Positions 31,113 through 45,700 of a stretch of DNA of 64,000 nt are shown here, piece by piece (position 1 is the first letter of the stretch; each line of letters starts with the position of its first letter). The notes under the pieces are model-generated. The model searched no databases, was not told where the DNA came from, and was given only the letters and a program-made list of their open reading frames with translations. The DNA comes from Gammaproteobacteria bacterium (GTDB lineage: Bacteria; Pseudomonadota; Gammaproteobacteria; Eutrophobiales; Eutrophobiaceae), in NCBI GenBank assembly GCA_963422205.2, contig CAXMWX010000005.1:704001-768000 (forward strand), given 5' to 3'. The translations under genes were made by a program, and so were the position numbers.

Positions 31113-33765
31113 CTACACTTGAATTTCGTTTTCTTCAATTGATTCAACGTCGTTGCGAATTTCGTCCAAGAGCCAATATGTTGTCAGGGTCCCCTTTCCT
31201 TTAATAGGAATTTCTCCCCGTAATTGAAGTTGAAAGTTTTCATAATCATCCAACAGCTCTTTGGTCGATTCCGAAACGTGGATGGACAACGCTACAAAAA
31301 ACATAAAAACAAATCAGTTGACAAAAAAATGAGCAGGCTCTACAGCAAAAAGAGTTGGCACTATTCTTTGATTGGATTGATGGTTTTGTCAGATCGTGTT
31401 TACAATGAAAACAAAAATTTGAAATATCAAGTTTTGTTATTAGTCAACTTACGTAGTCCTGTTGATTCCATCCTGGATGCTGTATTCACGGTATCACCGA
31501 AGAGACAGTATCGAGGCATCTTCAGTCCAACTACACCAGCACAACATGATCCTTGAAAAAATACAACAGCAATGCTTTCATTATAGCCTATAATTTTATC
31601 AATCAAGGTTTTAACTGTGTTTTTTCAGGCGAAATACGAGCACAAATTTGACCTTAGCCATAAAATTAATGTTCTATGTGACGCCAGAACCGAACGAAGT
31701 TTATTTCACGGTACGTTCACGATACGCAATTTAAAATATCAGTGTAGTCTATTCCGCAAAAAAAAACACAAAAACATGCAAGAAAATTTGAGTTAAAATC
31801 GTTTCAAAGATTTTAATGAAATCCTGAATTAGCCGATGTGAAATATTATGGCGGCGACTGAATCCCATGACCAATGCATCACTTTTGTAAAATTCTTTGA
31901 AAAAACGCTGAATTCTTTATGAAAAGTCATAGCTGCTTAATAAACCCAGCGTGGTGGAATGAAACGTTTTATGGTGCATTTAATTTATGACCAATACACT
32001 GCAGTGGCTGAACCAAGCGATAAAATTAGCCACGACTGCCTAGATACAGACTACAGTACGTTAGTGCCTTATGTTCAGGCCATTTTTACCAGTGTGAATT
32101 CCAATTCTGAGTTGTAGTTGATCAAGAGGACGATGTCGTATTCTGAAGCTCTTGACAGCTTTTAGCAACGCCAATGCAGTGCGCGCTATTTCAACCACAT
32201 GACGAGTGCCGTTACGCTCTGGCAAGCCTGATACCAGCATGTACTCGTCTCCGATTGTTTCAACCTAAAACACCAGGAGAATTAAAAAACAATTCTTAAA
32301 TACTTATACGTAAAAAATTAAGCGATTGGCCTATGACAAACCACTGCACTTAAAGTAAGCAATTATAGACAAAACTGCAATGTAAAATTCTATTTTTAAT
32401 GCTACTAATTACTTTGTAGACGTCAAAAGTATCGATTGCTTCATCGAAACAAGTGTAGAGATCGTTAAGAAAACTGACGATCTGCATTGGACTCGAAGTA
32501 GCAGATAAAGCTGCAAAGTCGCCGATGTCGGTGAAGCAAATGGTAACACTTTCAAATGCTTCCGCTGGAACTACTTCACCATGTTTGAGCCGAATAATAA
32601 CGGGCCTACAAAGCAAAATAGCTGTAATGTAGCAAAAACCTCAGCAAAATCACTGAAATAACCAGGTATAAAAACAAATCCAGAAAGCTGTGGTAATGTG
32701 GAAGCCTATACATATTTTGAGCATTTAAGTACAATTTTACGTCTATAAAAATTTTATTGCCTAACTACATCCAATTAATGCAAAACATTTACTCTATTCA
32801 ATTCCTGTTGGCCTCTATTTAAGTTTAATAATTTTCAACCAAAATTTGAAAATACAAAAGAAGCTTGAAGATTATTCAAACAAAAAATTCTCAGTGTAAG
32901 ATGAAATGTCAGATAAATAAAAATGTGTAATTGATTACTGCCTAATGATAACGTTGCTGGTAAACAAGCATGTTTATTCCAATTGAGGTTATCAAAGTGC
33001 TGTAGGGGAAATCACAATGAATGACACAGCCCAGGTTTTCAAAACAAACTGATTGCAATAAGACACCTAATGCCTTGGGATTTTCTAGAAGATGTATTGT
33101 GATAAGTTTCAAACATTTCGAGCAGTGACACAAGCTATGAAATAAATCTGTTGACACTCATTAATTTTAAAGCCTTTTTCCCAATACAATGGCTCAAACC
33201 GATGGGTTTGAATAAAGTTAAGGGAAGCTGAAAGGTTTAAATAATACAATCTTTCTTTATGCTTTAAAATTAGATTAGTGTTATTTTTGTCAGCTTTTAC
33301 GGAAAAGCGTTTTTGAAAATACACTTGACAGAAACAAAGTCTTTGTCTGTTCAATAGGCCAAATCAGATATAGAAAATACGTGATAGGTTTAGGCAAAAA
33401 TAACTGCTCAGCATTTGCAGTGTTTTCAACACACAAATAAGAGTATTTGACTAGGAATAACAAAACTTCTCCAACTTGCCATCGCAAATAAAAGGTTTTT
33501 GCAGATCCGAAATGTGTGGTTTGCCTATTTATTTACTTGTTACATCCGCTTAGAGGATGATGCAAAACTTACGCAGAATGATACGTTTATAATACGAACA
33601 GTTTTACAACAAGCTTACTCTGGAAGCATTTGATAGAGTAGGTCGTCTGCTTTCTGTTTTTCTTCGTGGTATGCAGCTGTTCTCTCTTCCACTAACCCCT
33701 CCAAATTCAACGCGTATTGTTCCAAACGTTGCAATAAATTTTCCACCAAATTGCCATCATTTTCA
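31113..33765 (-). CDS. Guanylyl cyclase gene exons 19-23: coiled coil and catalytic domain
   Basis: [16 protein letters not shown]...LLYQMLP; [17 protein letters not shown]; LNDLYTCFD...[19 protein letters not shown]; LRIGIHTG; [27 protein letters not shown]; IHVS; [11 protein letters not shown]; stop at 31115-31113. Confidence 0.96.
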
Positions 33766-36700
33766 CTGCAGCACAATAGAGTAACAACAACTACACCACG
33801 AACATTCTAGCTCAATACTTCTGAACTTTCAATATGCAAAAACCAATCAAGTTGAGTGACAACGAAGAAGGTTAATTGATTGAAAATCCAAAACCAATGA
33901 GATAAAATATACTCCATGATGTCCAGAGGGGTCATCATGTTCTCCATATGAATATTTTTTCGGCTTCAAGTTTCCGGGCTTGCTATACAGCATTAACATT
34001 ACATAATTAACGTGTAGTTACTTTTTCATTTTTCATGTTGAAAATTTGATTATGATACAAAAACAAGGTCTTTTGACCCACCACAAAAATGCACACAAAA
34101 ACTGAGTTCTCGTGATTGAGTCATAAACTCATCATACTGTGACATCCTATAAAAGGATGTTACAAAATGGTGCGTCGTTCAGAGATGTTGGAACAACTAG
34201 TCTTGTTCCGATATATTTAAAAGTAAAAATGTAACTCATTTCTTCAGAAACATTTTAATCGAAGCACATGGGTGTTTATTTTGGTGATGTTCCATCACAG
34301 AAATCTGCTGCAGTACTATCGGCGTAACCAAACTTTCTAGCCAACGTTCCACAGAAGATTTTGTTATTTATTTGAAAAACCTGCTGCTCACCTGTTCAGA
34401 CGTTCAATGATTTTCTTTGCATTGGCAAAGGTAGGCCTTTCATTTGGTTCTTCATGCCAACATTTCTGAATTAACCCACACATATCTTCACTCAATTTGT
34501 ACATGTCAAGCATCGGTCGAAAATAAGGCTTGAAACCACAACGAACTTTTGTAACAATATCTGTTCATGCAAATTAACGCTGTATAATCACATAGTTACG
34601 TGGAACTTGAAGAATTTGTTGCACTAACCTTTACAAGACAAGTTTGATTTTCCGATATAAAAAGGACCTTTTCTCATAGCTATTTCTTGCAAAATAATTC
34701 CGAAACTATAAACATCACTTTTTTGTACTCCTGCCGGACCGTTTGACAACCCTCTCAAAACTTCTGGTGCTGTCCAAAGTTTTTCTACAACACGTAAAAA
34801 TGACTGAGATACAGCAAATGAGCTCAAAAATAAAGTAGCCTAGAACTCGTTTGAAAAACGCAATTCAATTGCAGTATAACATCGCTAAAAGTATTTGCCC
34901 TTTGTACTTGTAAACCAATAATATACTAAAGACAGCATAACTAACGGAAATACGACTAAAAAAAGTTACACCCAAGGGCGTTGAAGGTGGGGGCTGAGGG
35001 AGGCTGAAGCCCTCCTTATATTTTTTCAGCCCCCCCGTAGAAATTTTGAGCCCCTCTTCAGTCCCCCTTACAAAAATTTATAACTACAATACACCTTATT
35101 GCACTTCGACGTTGGCTCATGGCGTCGCTTGCTATTTGTTCCTTTTCTTCATTGTTACCATCAAACCAACGTACTAACTTTTGCAACTTAGCGACAAAAG
35201 TAAACAAATCAACAAAATCGCAAAAACTGTTGGATTTCCTGGTACCTTAGAGTACACAGCTCTTAGAGCTTTATAATGATGTAACAGTTAAATTTTCTCC
35301 AATTTTAATAGAAACTTCTGTGCAAATAACAGCGAAACAACAAAATATCAAATTAGAATTACAGTAGCTAGCTTGTCTTAGGCGCAGTGGCGTAGCGAAA
35401 CATTTTAAAAGGGGGGGATAATTTTCACGTTGTTTTCAAGCATATTTTTTTTCGGCAGAACAAATTTGAAGCTGATTGAGACACAAAAAAGCTCCATAAG
35501 GGGGTCCAGGGTCATGCTACCCCGGATATTTTTTGAAAATTTACATGCTGCGTATGGGTATTTTAGTGCTTTTTGAATAATTTTCACGCAATTTTTTTTA
35601 ATTTTTGACCCTAATTCTGAGTGCTTCGCCAAATTGTTACCGGTAACCTAAGCGAGCTCGTACAGCCCATTGATCGCTTTCTCGTGATAGTAGGATAAAT
35701 ATGCAACTAAACACAAAAAAAATTTGATTCATTTTGTTCGCACATTTTCGGTTATGCGTGCTTAAGGCGCAAGGCTTATCGCTATCGAAGAGGTTCGTAA
35801 CTACAGAAAAATTGTATACATCAAAAATATTTTTGAAAATGGCTGGTGGAAGGATGCATACCTTTTATCCTACCACCCTGGATCCGCCCCTGGCCATAAG
35901 CTACAGAAACCATCAAAAGAGTTTGGCATGCAGTCATTAGCACCATTAGTTTTGTTCTTTTTTACTTAGGCTATAGGCAGAGACAAAAAGGGGGGGGGAA
36001 TGACACAATACTCCTTCCCTAAATACGCTCCCGTCTAGAAGCCTGAGACTAGGAGCTTGTGAACGGATAATAAGTTCATTTAAAAGAGAATTAGGCTTAA
36101 ACACGTTTACAAACGTCGATCTGGCCACTGTTTGTTATAGCAGCTTGAGGAAAGCTTAAGTTCATCAAGCTATCTCCAAGTGACTTTTACTGAAGTGAAG
36201 TGCATGGTACATATGACAATGTTGCGATAACAAGGAGGGGGGTCTGAGGGGCTTAGCCCATCAGACGTTGATATGGTAACACAAATTTCAGCCCCCCCTT
36301 CCCCTTCTTAAAAGTACTTTCAACGCCTCTGGTTACACCTTTACCCTGCTTTGTACAAAACCAAAACTTATCATATTGATTTTTTTAAAAGTCCTTTACA
36401 AGGGATTAGCACCTAACTAAATCTTGTTTAACCACATTGCAGGTAATGTCACCACAGCTAAAAGAAGGAAGATCTAATAGAAAACCAAAATTCATTATAA
36501 GCATAATTAATATAATCACTTTCATATTCGCGGTCAGAATCGTCACCAGTTGTATTGTTTCGGAATGCTTGTAATCCATAATCAGTAATTTTTAAAACGA
36601 TTCGAGAGTCAACAACGCAATTCGGAGATTTCAAATTGCCATGGTAATGCAGCGCACTTCCATGTAAAAACGACATTCCTAAAAACAATTCATAAATATA

Positions 36701-39700
36701 GCTCCGACTTGATGAAAAATAGCACTTTGTAACGTAGCCTATATTGCACGATTAATGATGGAGCGAATAGGTAAGGGCTTGAAGGCTTGTTTTCGTCAGT
36801 ACACTAATATTCTGGGATAAAAAATTGTAATGCAATTTTCACTCTTGGAGATAGTTTGAAGCTTACGCTGTACCAGTCAAGTTTGACGCAAGCGATTTGC
36901 CGCCAGAGCAATTCACATTGCGTTTAACGAAAAGCACTTAGAGTCAGGTACCGGTAACGGCTGGCCGACTTGTATATCGGTTAAAGTAGTGTATATTACA
37001 TGTATTGTATAATGTAAATCCTACCAACAAAGTTCAGTCACTCTTGATCGATATTGTAATAATAAAACTACTAATGCACATACAAGAGCGATCTAAGCAA
37101 AAAGTGCTGTTGCACCAACACCTGTTTACCACTTGAAAGTACAATAACCCGTTAAGTGACTTTCGCAACCTCCCAAGAAGTGAAATTGACGGCTTGCTTT
37201 TTTTTACTCTCTTTTAAATGCGGGATGTAAACACCGAATTGTGAGTGTGGTGCCTCTGAGCAAACTACAGACCACATCATTTCTACATGTTTGCAATGAT
37301 GACACCCGACGCTGGCTTAAAATCAACGCCGTCAACATCTAAACCGTCGGAAGAGGATACCGAATCGAAATTGAACTTTTGATCTGGTCTTCTTTAGAAG
37401 CTGTGATTTATGTACTGGTCTGACAGAATGTAAGCTTCAAGCACTTGTTGCTTCATAACTGCGCTTTTATAGTCACCTTTTTCATTTTTTTAATTCAACC
37501 ACGAAAAGTTTTTCAATAAATGCTGTTTGATTTTTCGTTTGGTGTGTAGAGTTATACTAATCTACAGCAAAACCACCGCAGTTTATAGTCAAGTTGTTTC
37601 AAGGGCAACTAAAAAGCCTAAGCCTAATGAGGCCGCGACTAGCCTCGCAACAACCTACCAACCTTTAACTAAGTCGTTCATGAGAGAAAGCCTGAACATT
37701 TTGTCCATGTTTATTTCTTCGTTCATTAAGATATCTCTTAAGCTTCCTTTTCTACAGTATTCCGTCAAAATACAAGCATGCGGCCCGTCCACACTTGCTC
37801 CCAGAAAATGTGTAAGATGTTCGTGTGTTATGTCCCTCATCTAAAGCAAAAATGTTGCATTAAAGATTTATAGTTTATATCACTTACAATAGAACACAAC
37901 ATTCGTTTAAATACTTGGGTGTTAAGATATGGAATTCTATTCCACATAACATCAAGCAACATTCCACGTTTCGAAATTTCAAAAATTCGTACAAATATTA
38001 CCTTGTTAGTTATTACGAATAACGTTCTTGGTATGTTATTGCTATTACCTAAATTGATTCTACAGTATTGTGATTATACAGCTAACTTTTAATCGAAAAA
38101 ATATTCCATTCCTGGCATAACTAAGGCTTTTGATATTTATGTGGGCTATTCAATAATTGCAATAGGGCTGTTGCTTGACTTGAAGACCTATGGTCCCTTC
38201 GCAGTAGCCTGTTGCTCCTTTTTTTTTTTTTTCAAAATTGCGTCAGTTATGTGTAACGTTATTGATGTTATGTATGAGCAACGAATAAAATTCTGTTCTG
38301 TTCTATTCTGTTCACTTATACTAGTAAACATCAAACTCACAGCATGGCCACTGCGCTCTGTTTCACCCCCAAAACGATCATGAGGTGACTTATTCAAATA
38401 GTTAAAATTTGTAGCATATGATCAAAGGTAAGACCAAAGTTAACAAGTTAGGCTACTCATTGCTCATACGTAGGCTTAATGGTATAGCATTTTCCTAAAA
38501 GTATGAAATGGTTACAGAAACAAACTTACATGTTTTAGCTCCATTAGTACATGCTTGGTCAAGTCGACTTTCTTTTTGTTGGAAAGCTTCATGACTACAG
38601 TTTTGTCCTGCACGTATTATACTTTTGATAGCTTACATGAAATGCATAATTGCACACTGAAGAAAATCGAAGTCGTAAGATCTACTGTACTGAACCTCTC
38701 TTGCCATAAAAACGTCCTTCTTGAAGCAACGTCTTACAATGACGGTGGACAGTTGGTACTGTTAAATTTCTTTTTTTCTTGAAATGAAGACATTAGACAG
38801 CAATGATGCCAAAATATCACAAATATACAGCAAATAACCGGTGAGCTTAGGTAAAATAAACCTTTCAGCCGTTTTTTTCTTATATATATTTCATTGCATA
38901 TTTATCCTACTATCACGAGAAAGCGATCAAAGCGCAATAACGGCCTCGTGTAGGAGTTGCCGACCACCAGTCTACCACACCAAGATGGAAGAATCCCGTT
39001 CAGTGCCTTTCCCACAGCACAACGAGTAAACTTGCCGGCTTGCTCTCCACACTGTTCCTTTAATCCTGAACGTCAAGCAGGGAAGCTGTAAATACCAATC
39101 TTTACGTCATTGGTTTAACCCTACTCGGAAGCAAACCCGAGTCTACAGCTATAGAGGCAGATGCTCTTACCACTCGGCCATCTAAGCTGTACTTGGTCAT
39201 CCCTCACCACTCGGCCATCTGTTTTTTTTTTTTATGTAAAAAAAAAAAGTAATCAAATATGAGTACTGTAAAATCGGTTATGAGTAATAGGTTATGATAT
39301 TCATTGCCCATGAAAGAACTAAACCTAAAAACAAGCCTGAGTTTCAATAGACGTGCTCTAGTGTTCTGCAGATTTTGACAGTTACAGCATATGAGAGCTA
39401 GCGAATACATTAATTGAACTAAACTGGTATTAAAATGCCCAGGAGCGTAGCCAGGGGGGGCAAAAGGAGCAATTGCCCCCCCGAAATGTTTTCAGTGAAC
39501 ACTAGCCTACAAACAAAGATACTAATGCTATAACGTAAATCTACTAACAACGCAAGCAGAGGCGGATTAAGACCACTTTTCGACAAAAAAACTACGCTAA
39601 AATGAGTATTTTTCTTGCAAAAACCCTTGCCGAATCCCGAGTGCGCCACTGGAAAATCTATGAAGTTTTGCCTCCCCCCAAAAAAATTTTGGGCTGGCTA

Positions 39701-42700
39701 CGCCACTGAAAATGCCTAATACCAAAGCTTGTTTTGACACTTTTGTTTAAATTAGAAAAGAAGACTTGCCTTGTAAAAGCAGATTGCTGTGAGACCTCGC
39801 CAGGGCTTCTCTTGAACTGACGATCCCGAGCTTACTTTACGCTGCAAAAAAAGATTGTCATTGCGGTTAAATAAAATTAAAGCTAAAACACATTAAACAA
39901 TGAAATATAAACGGCAAAACAAACAAAATAAATTGTTAAAAAAACCACGTACATCATCATCAAAAACTTTGTCATCCTTTTTTGAATTTGAAGACCATTT
40001 TCGTTTTCGTCTAAACGACCGTTTGGGAATTATTCCCGGTGAAAGAGAAGGAACATACAAAGACATAAACTCCCCGATGGTTGTATCACTTTCAGAATTA
40101 AATCGTGAGTTACCGAACCAGATGTTATCGCAAAGTGTTCCACCGAGTATACTGTTTGGCGATACGGGACGAGTAATATCGTTCCAAGAAACTTTCCACA
40201 GTTGGCGATGTAATTCTTTGTCGATATTCTTTTTCCTGGAAATATGATAGTTTGTTTATATTTACGTAAATACGTGATTCTGATTGTGTTTGTTTTCAAA
40301 TACAAAATAAACAATCAAAATTTTCGCTGAATTGGACAAGCTAGTCAAATGTTGCAGAGCAGTGTTCCGTTAGTACCGTATTTCATATCAATGCAGCTTC
40401 AATAAGATGTTTTTGCGGTTTATTATCACCAGGGACGTATTTAGAGGAGGGTTTGTACCATGCTCCCCCTCACTTTTTGACTTTGCCTTTCAGTAAAAAA
40501 AAATAAATGCTGCTGAGTGATTGAAATATGCCAGATTTTTTTTTTGGCTTTTGCAGCTTACGGCTCCCCCTTTTAAAATATCTCGCTGCGCCATTAATTA
40601 TTACTTACAAAAAATTGTGCAAACTGTCGTGACATCTATATATAAGATAAGGTAAATTTTACTGAGCATGCAAAACAGTTTAAGATTACTGAATATCTTA
40701 TCATCCTAATCATATTTTCGCAATCTTCTGCGGTTGCAAACACTAATTAGCACAGGGTCCGCACTCTCCCAGCTCCGTCAATAATAAAAACATCACAGAA
40801 ATTATTAGTCAAATAGCATTCTTTTACATTTTTTTGCCTGCAATTCGCAAAGCTCGCAGTCTTGAAAACTTAACTGATACACCGTAGCCTACCTGTAATT
40901 CAAGTACATTAATGCTCCCATCACAAACATGCTTGCCAAGCCAACAGCAATTGCAGAGATTTCCCATGCATTCCATTCTAAATAAAAATCAACAAAGCAA
41001 TGAGCCAAAGTTAAGTAACATTTTGTGCAGCAGGACGATTTTAAACTTTGTTTGATTTTTCATGAAATAATCATTTACCCTGTCGAAATTTATACATCCA
41101 GGCACCATTACCCTGTCTAACTTGTCCAATTTTAGTGGGCTTTAGGCCCGAGGTTTTTGATTCTAGTTTCTGCCTCATAATCAATTTTTTGATGTTATAA
41201 TTACGTTAATAAGCCCACTAAAATTGGACATGCAAACAGCACAATTCCCACTAAATCGGACACGTAGAGACAATAATGCAGTAGGTAATAAAACCAACTG
41301 ATTACAAAGTCTTCAAAAATTCTATTTGTCTTGTACTTATAAACTGCTTGAAATCGTTAAATATCAACACAATCAAGGATTTAAACCAACTTTTCACGCA
41401 TCTTTCGCCTTTGAATCCACACTTAGGAACATCAGTAGGAGGAGACCCATTTGGCCATGATATATCGAGGGTTTCTCGGTATGTATCACTTTTTGCGCTG
41501 AAACGACCTGATACTCTAATTTCACCTACAGAAAAATTACAAACAATTTTGGCAAAACTGCATTAGGCTGTTTTTAAAACCATGATTTTGCTAAATCTAA
41601 AAGGTGTCTCAACATTCACACGTATAGCACGATGCACCATTGCACATGACTTCGTAGATCAAAAGCTTTCGTATAAGATAGCAAAAATATAGCTCAACTT
41701 GATAACCAAATCAGGATCAAGACCCTTAATTATGCTAATCCTTTGTTTTTTTGGCCAACACTAATAGCAGCACATTTCAATATCTGTTCTGAAGCATGAT
41801 TTTTGGCAACTATGAGAGCAATAGCACAGCAGCTGTAAATCTCTCAGACCATTGTTTTAACTTTTTGGGACCTGCGACTCTTTGAAATGTTCTAAAAAAA
41901 AAGCCTAGGAACCCAGGCAAACAAAAACGCTGTGAAGATCACTATCAAATAGCTGAAGTAAAAATATTGCAATAATTGTATTTGGATTAACACACTCCTT
42001 GAAGCCCCACAGCGGTCTCATTTGGGGTTCATGGTCTCAAGCGCTAAATTGTACCGACCTGTTTTCGGGTCCAAGCGTCGGATAACTAGATCCAACAGAC
42101 GATCCCCTTCATCATCAAAAGATATTTCTCCTGTCACACCTGCAGTATACTTGTCACAGTTAGATTTTTGTGAGTAAATTTTTATAATGGAATCAGCTTT
42201 TGAAACAAACTAAACCATCACGAATCAGATTTGGTTAAAAGTTTTCCACACACCACGTTTACCTTTTGTCCGTCGTTAAACTACAGTACTAGTTTGTTGA
42301 GTATGATCAGTTATTTTAAGCAATTATTTTTATAACTTTGTTTTTATTTTACGTACCTTCAAAAGTGTGTCCCGCAATGAAATGTTTTAGGAGTTCTGAA
42401 CCTTTAAATTCATTTTTTGCATCACTTGAGTGAACCCCGGCTCTTCTACCCAAACTGCTATTAATTACATGGGCCAATGTGAGCAAAGAGTCGTGGAAGA
42501 AGGCAGGGTATAAATTTTTCTATAAGTGCAAAAAACAATAACTTATATAAATAATTAATGGAACGACTGTTAAAACCAGAAATAAAAACAACTACAGTAA
42601 ACAGAACAGCTAAATGTTAGTGCAAATTTATGCGGGTACTAGGCTGTTAGCCTAGCAGTAAGTGATTGCATTCAACGTAAAATTAAGCCTTTTACACTAT

Positions 42701-45700
42701 AGACTTGATTTAACCATTAAAATTACTTTTTCTTGAATCAAACATTATTGCTACCAATGCAATTAGCAATTTAAAATTAGTGATTTAAAGGAGATATGAT
42801 TGTTCAAGAAACTACTCAAATCTGTTCGTGAGCAACAGAAAACAAGAAGCGATGACGAAGTACAGTAAGCTTAAATGCTAATGCTACTGGTATGTTTTCG
42901 GTTATTTTTGTGCGTGTACTGTTTAGGGATGTGCCTAGTCGAGTCCGAGTACTCGGCCGAGTAATAAGGCATTACTCGGACTCGGCCGAGTCCGAGTATT
43001 AATTGATATTCGGCCGAGTATTAAGCCATTATCATTTTGACCTTTTTTATGCTTTTTATCCGAATTTGGGTCGAAATTAGGACTTCTACGGACGTGATGA
43101 CTTTTTTTTTTTTGGTCTTCACCTAATTTTGAGTTCATAATTGGACGTCGTAGATACTCGGATTCGGACTCGGCCGAGTAATGTCGTGAATACTCGTTAC
43201 TCGGCGAGTCCGAGTAATTTTCCTCGAGGCACATCCCTAGTACTGTTGTAAACTTTTGGATTTTAACTGTAGCACTTACTTGAAAGTATTCATCTGTGCT
43301 ATTTGCGTTATAGAAAATCTTTTCCATTGTAAGTAGCTCTTCGGCTACTTCCACACTGAGATCTTCTTTTAGATCATTAGCCATGTTTCTATAACAATAC
43401 ATATATAGGCCTAGAGTACAATCAGGTTGCATGTGCTCATTGGTCGAGTTCATTCTTTGACGGCAGCTCTGTTGTACTTTTTCTTCGAATAAATCATGTA
43501 AAATAATAACATCATCACACCGTCTTATTGTCAAATAGGTGTAGTACATTTTCATTGTTACTTTGTCCCACATGTCCATTTTCGTAAGCAAACCTTGTGG
43601 GGTTTTTGTGATTAAAATAAATTTTTATTGCTACAACCTACGTTCCCTCTAAGCTGCGCAGCTAGCCGAGAAACCCCGCGCAGTACATTTGGTCTTCCGC
43701 GCACTGCGTAAGTATTGACAGCAAAACAAGCTATAAATAGCCTACTAGCTTTCAATCGGAAGCAAGCCCTACATTTGAGATTTGACAATTATGTTTTACA
43801 AATTCAAGGTGCAATCAGTTAATTGTGCAGTGATACCATGAAATTCTACTATGCCAGTAATTGATCGAGCATATTAACTAAAAATGATGTTATAATCATT
43901 TGACAATCTCAATGGTAATAGAACGTAGTGCCCTTAAAAACTCGTGATAAGAAAACGGCATGTTGTTGACAAAATGGAGATGTTTCGTGGAAGTACTGTT
44001 TTGACAAAGGAAGGGTTAAGCTAATCAGCACAAGGCATGAGGTAGTTAGTTGTGTGCAGGAGCGTATTTAGGGGTAGACATTGTGCCATGCCCCTCCCCC
44101 CTTTTGACTCTGCTTTTTAGTTAAAAAGAGCAAAATTAATAGTGCCTAGTGTCTGAAATATGCCAGACTCTTTTGATGGTTTCTGTAGGTATGGCAAAGG
44201 CGGATCCAGGGGGTAGGATTAGAAGTATGCATCCTCCCACCAGCCATTTTCAAAAACGTTTTTGATGCATACAATTTTTCCATAATTTCGTACTTTTTTG
44301 ATAGCGATAAGCTTTACGCTATAACCACGCATAATCGACAATGTGCCAAGAAAATGCAGCATATTTGACGAAGCACTCGAAATTGGGGTCAAAAAATTTA
44401 AACAAAATTTGCCTAAAAATTATTCAAAAAGCACTAAAATAGCCATTACAGCATGTAAGTTTTCCGGGGGAGTATGTCCACGGACCCCTCTAGAGTCTTT
44501 CTGGTTTCTCAATCAGCCTTACATTAGTTTTGCAGAAAAGAAATAAGCTTGAAAAAATAAAGAAACTATGGTTCCTCCTTTTAAAATTAATCGCTACGCC
44601 ACTAATTGTGTGCTTAAATGAAAAATACACAGAACACATGAGATTAAAGGAGAGAATGAAGAAATGGAAGGTAAGAGTTTGATGAAATCGTGACCTCGGC
44701 AGTCAGAGCTACGCACTTAACAAGTTACCACTAGGCCTGCATTCGTTCAAAATATTGTGTTTTTTTCTATTTTTTCAAATTTTCTGCGCAAACCTTTTTT
44801 TGGGGCTCACACGGCCTTCCATACAGCGCACACTAAGCAAGCTCTTAGAGAGAACGTTAGTTACAACCTTCATTTTTTAAACATTTATCTCGACATTATT
44901 TATGATGCAGAAGATTTAGGGTCACAAAAAGTAAACACGAATATAAGCAATTGTCAGCCTATCGATATATTGCTAATAAGAGCACAATCTATTTTGCATC
45001 TGGTAGAAAGCATGCAGAAACTATTTTACAGAATATCGTGCTGTGACAACACAGAGTTTTTTTCTTGAAGTAGTCCTAACTCGCGCATTTGACTGAACGG
45101 GTATATGCAAAAATTGTTACATATTCAAAACCAAAGGGTTACTACGGTACGGTACGGTACGGAATTATTTTCCGAATTATATTCCTCAAAAAACATACCG
45201 CACCGTAATTTCGTACTTCGCAAAAATACCGTACGTAACAGTACGGTACGAAATTATTTCCGTACCGTAATACCGTACCTTTCCGTACCACATTTTTTCA
45301 ACCAATTTACGTCAAGCAAAGTTCAGCAGGAAACTTTTGCCATTGCTACGTCAAAGTTCAGATTTATCGTCCTTTTATTTTAGCTGTTGAACACAACTTT
45401 GCTTTTATAGGCTACAAAACATTATTGGTTATCCTCCATACCAGTAGATAAAAAGCGAAAACTTTGGGGGGGCAGGGCTAGTTTCATAGGCAATGATCGA
45501 GAGGACCCATTTTCGTTTGCCTTTAGGTAACAACCTCTAAAAAAGATCTTCATCGGGCGAGGGGGTGGGGGTGTTTTAGTGCCCCTTCTGGTTGCATACC
45601 TGACGAAATTAACAGTTTTAATGCCTTAATAAATCTATTCAACGTAGCATCGGTATTCAAACATCAGAACAGTAAATCAAAAAATTGTTGCAGCAAAGGC

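Noticed and set aside
42935-43591. 218-aa ORF, the longest in the eukaryotic part
   Set aside because: It is a chance read-through of intron, cyclase exon 7 (43388-43280) and a MITE, not a separate gene.
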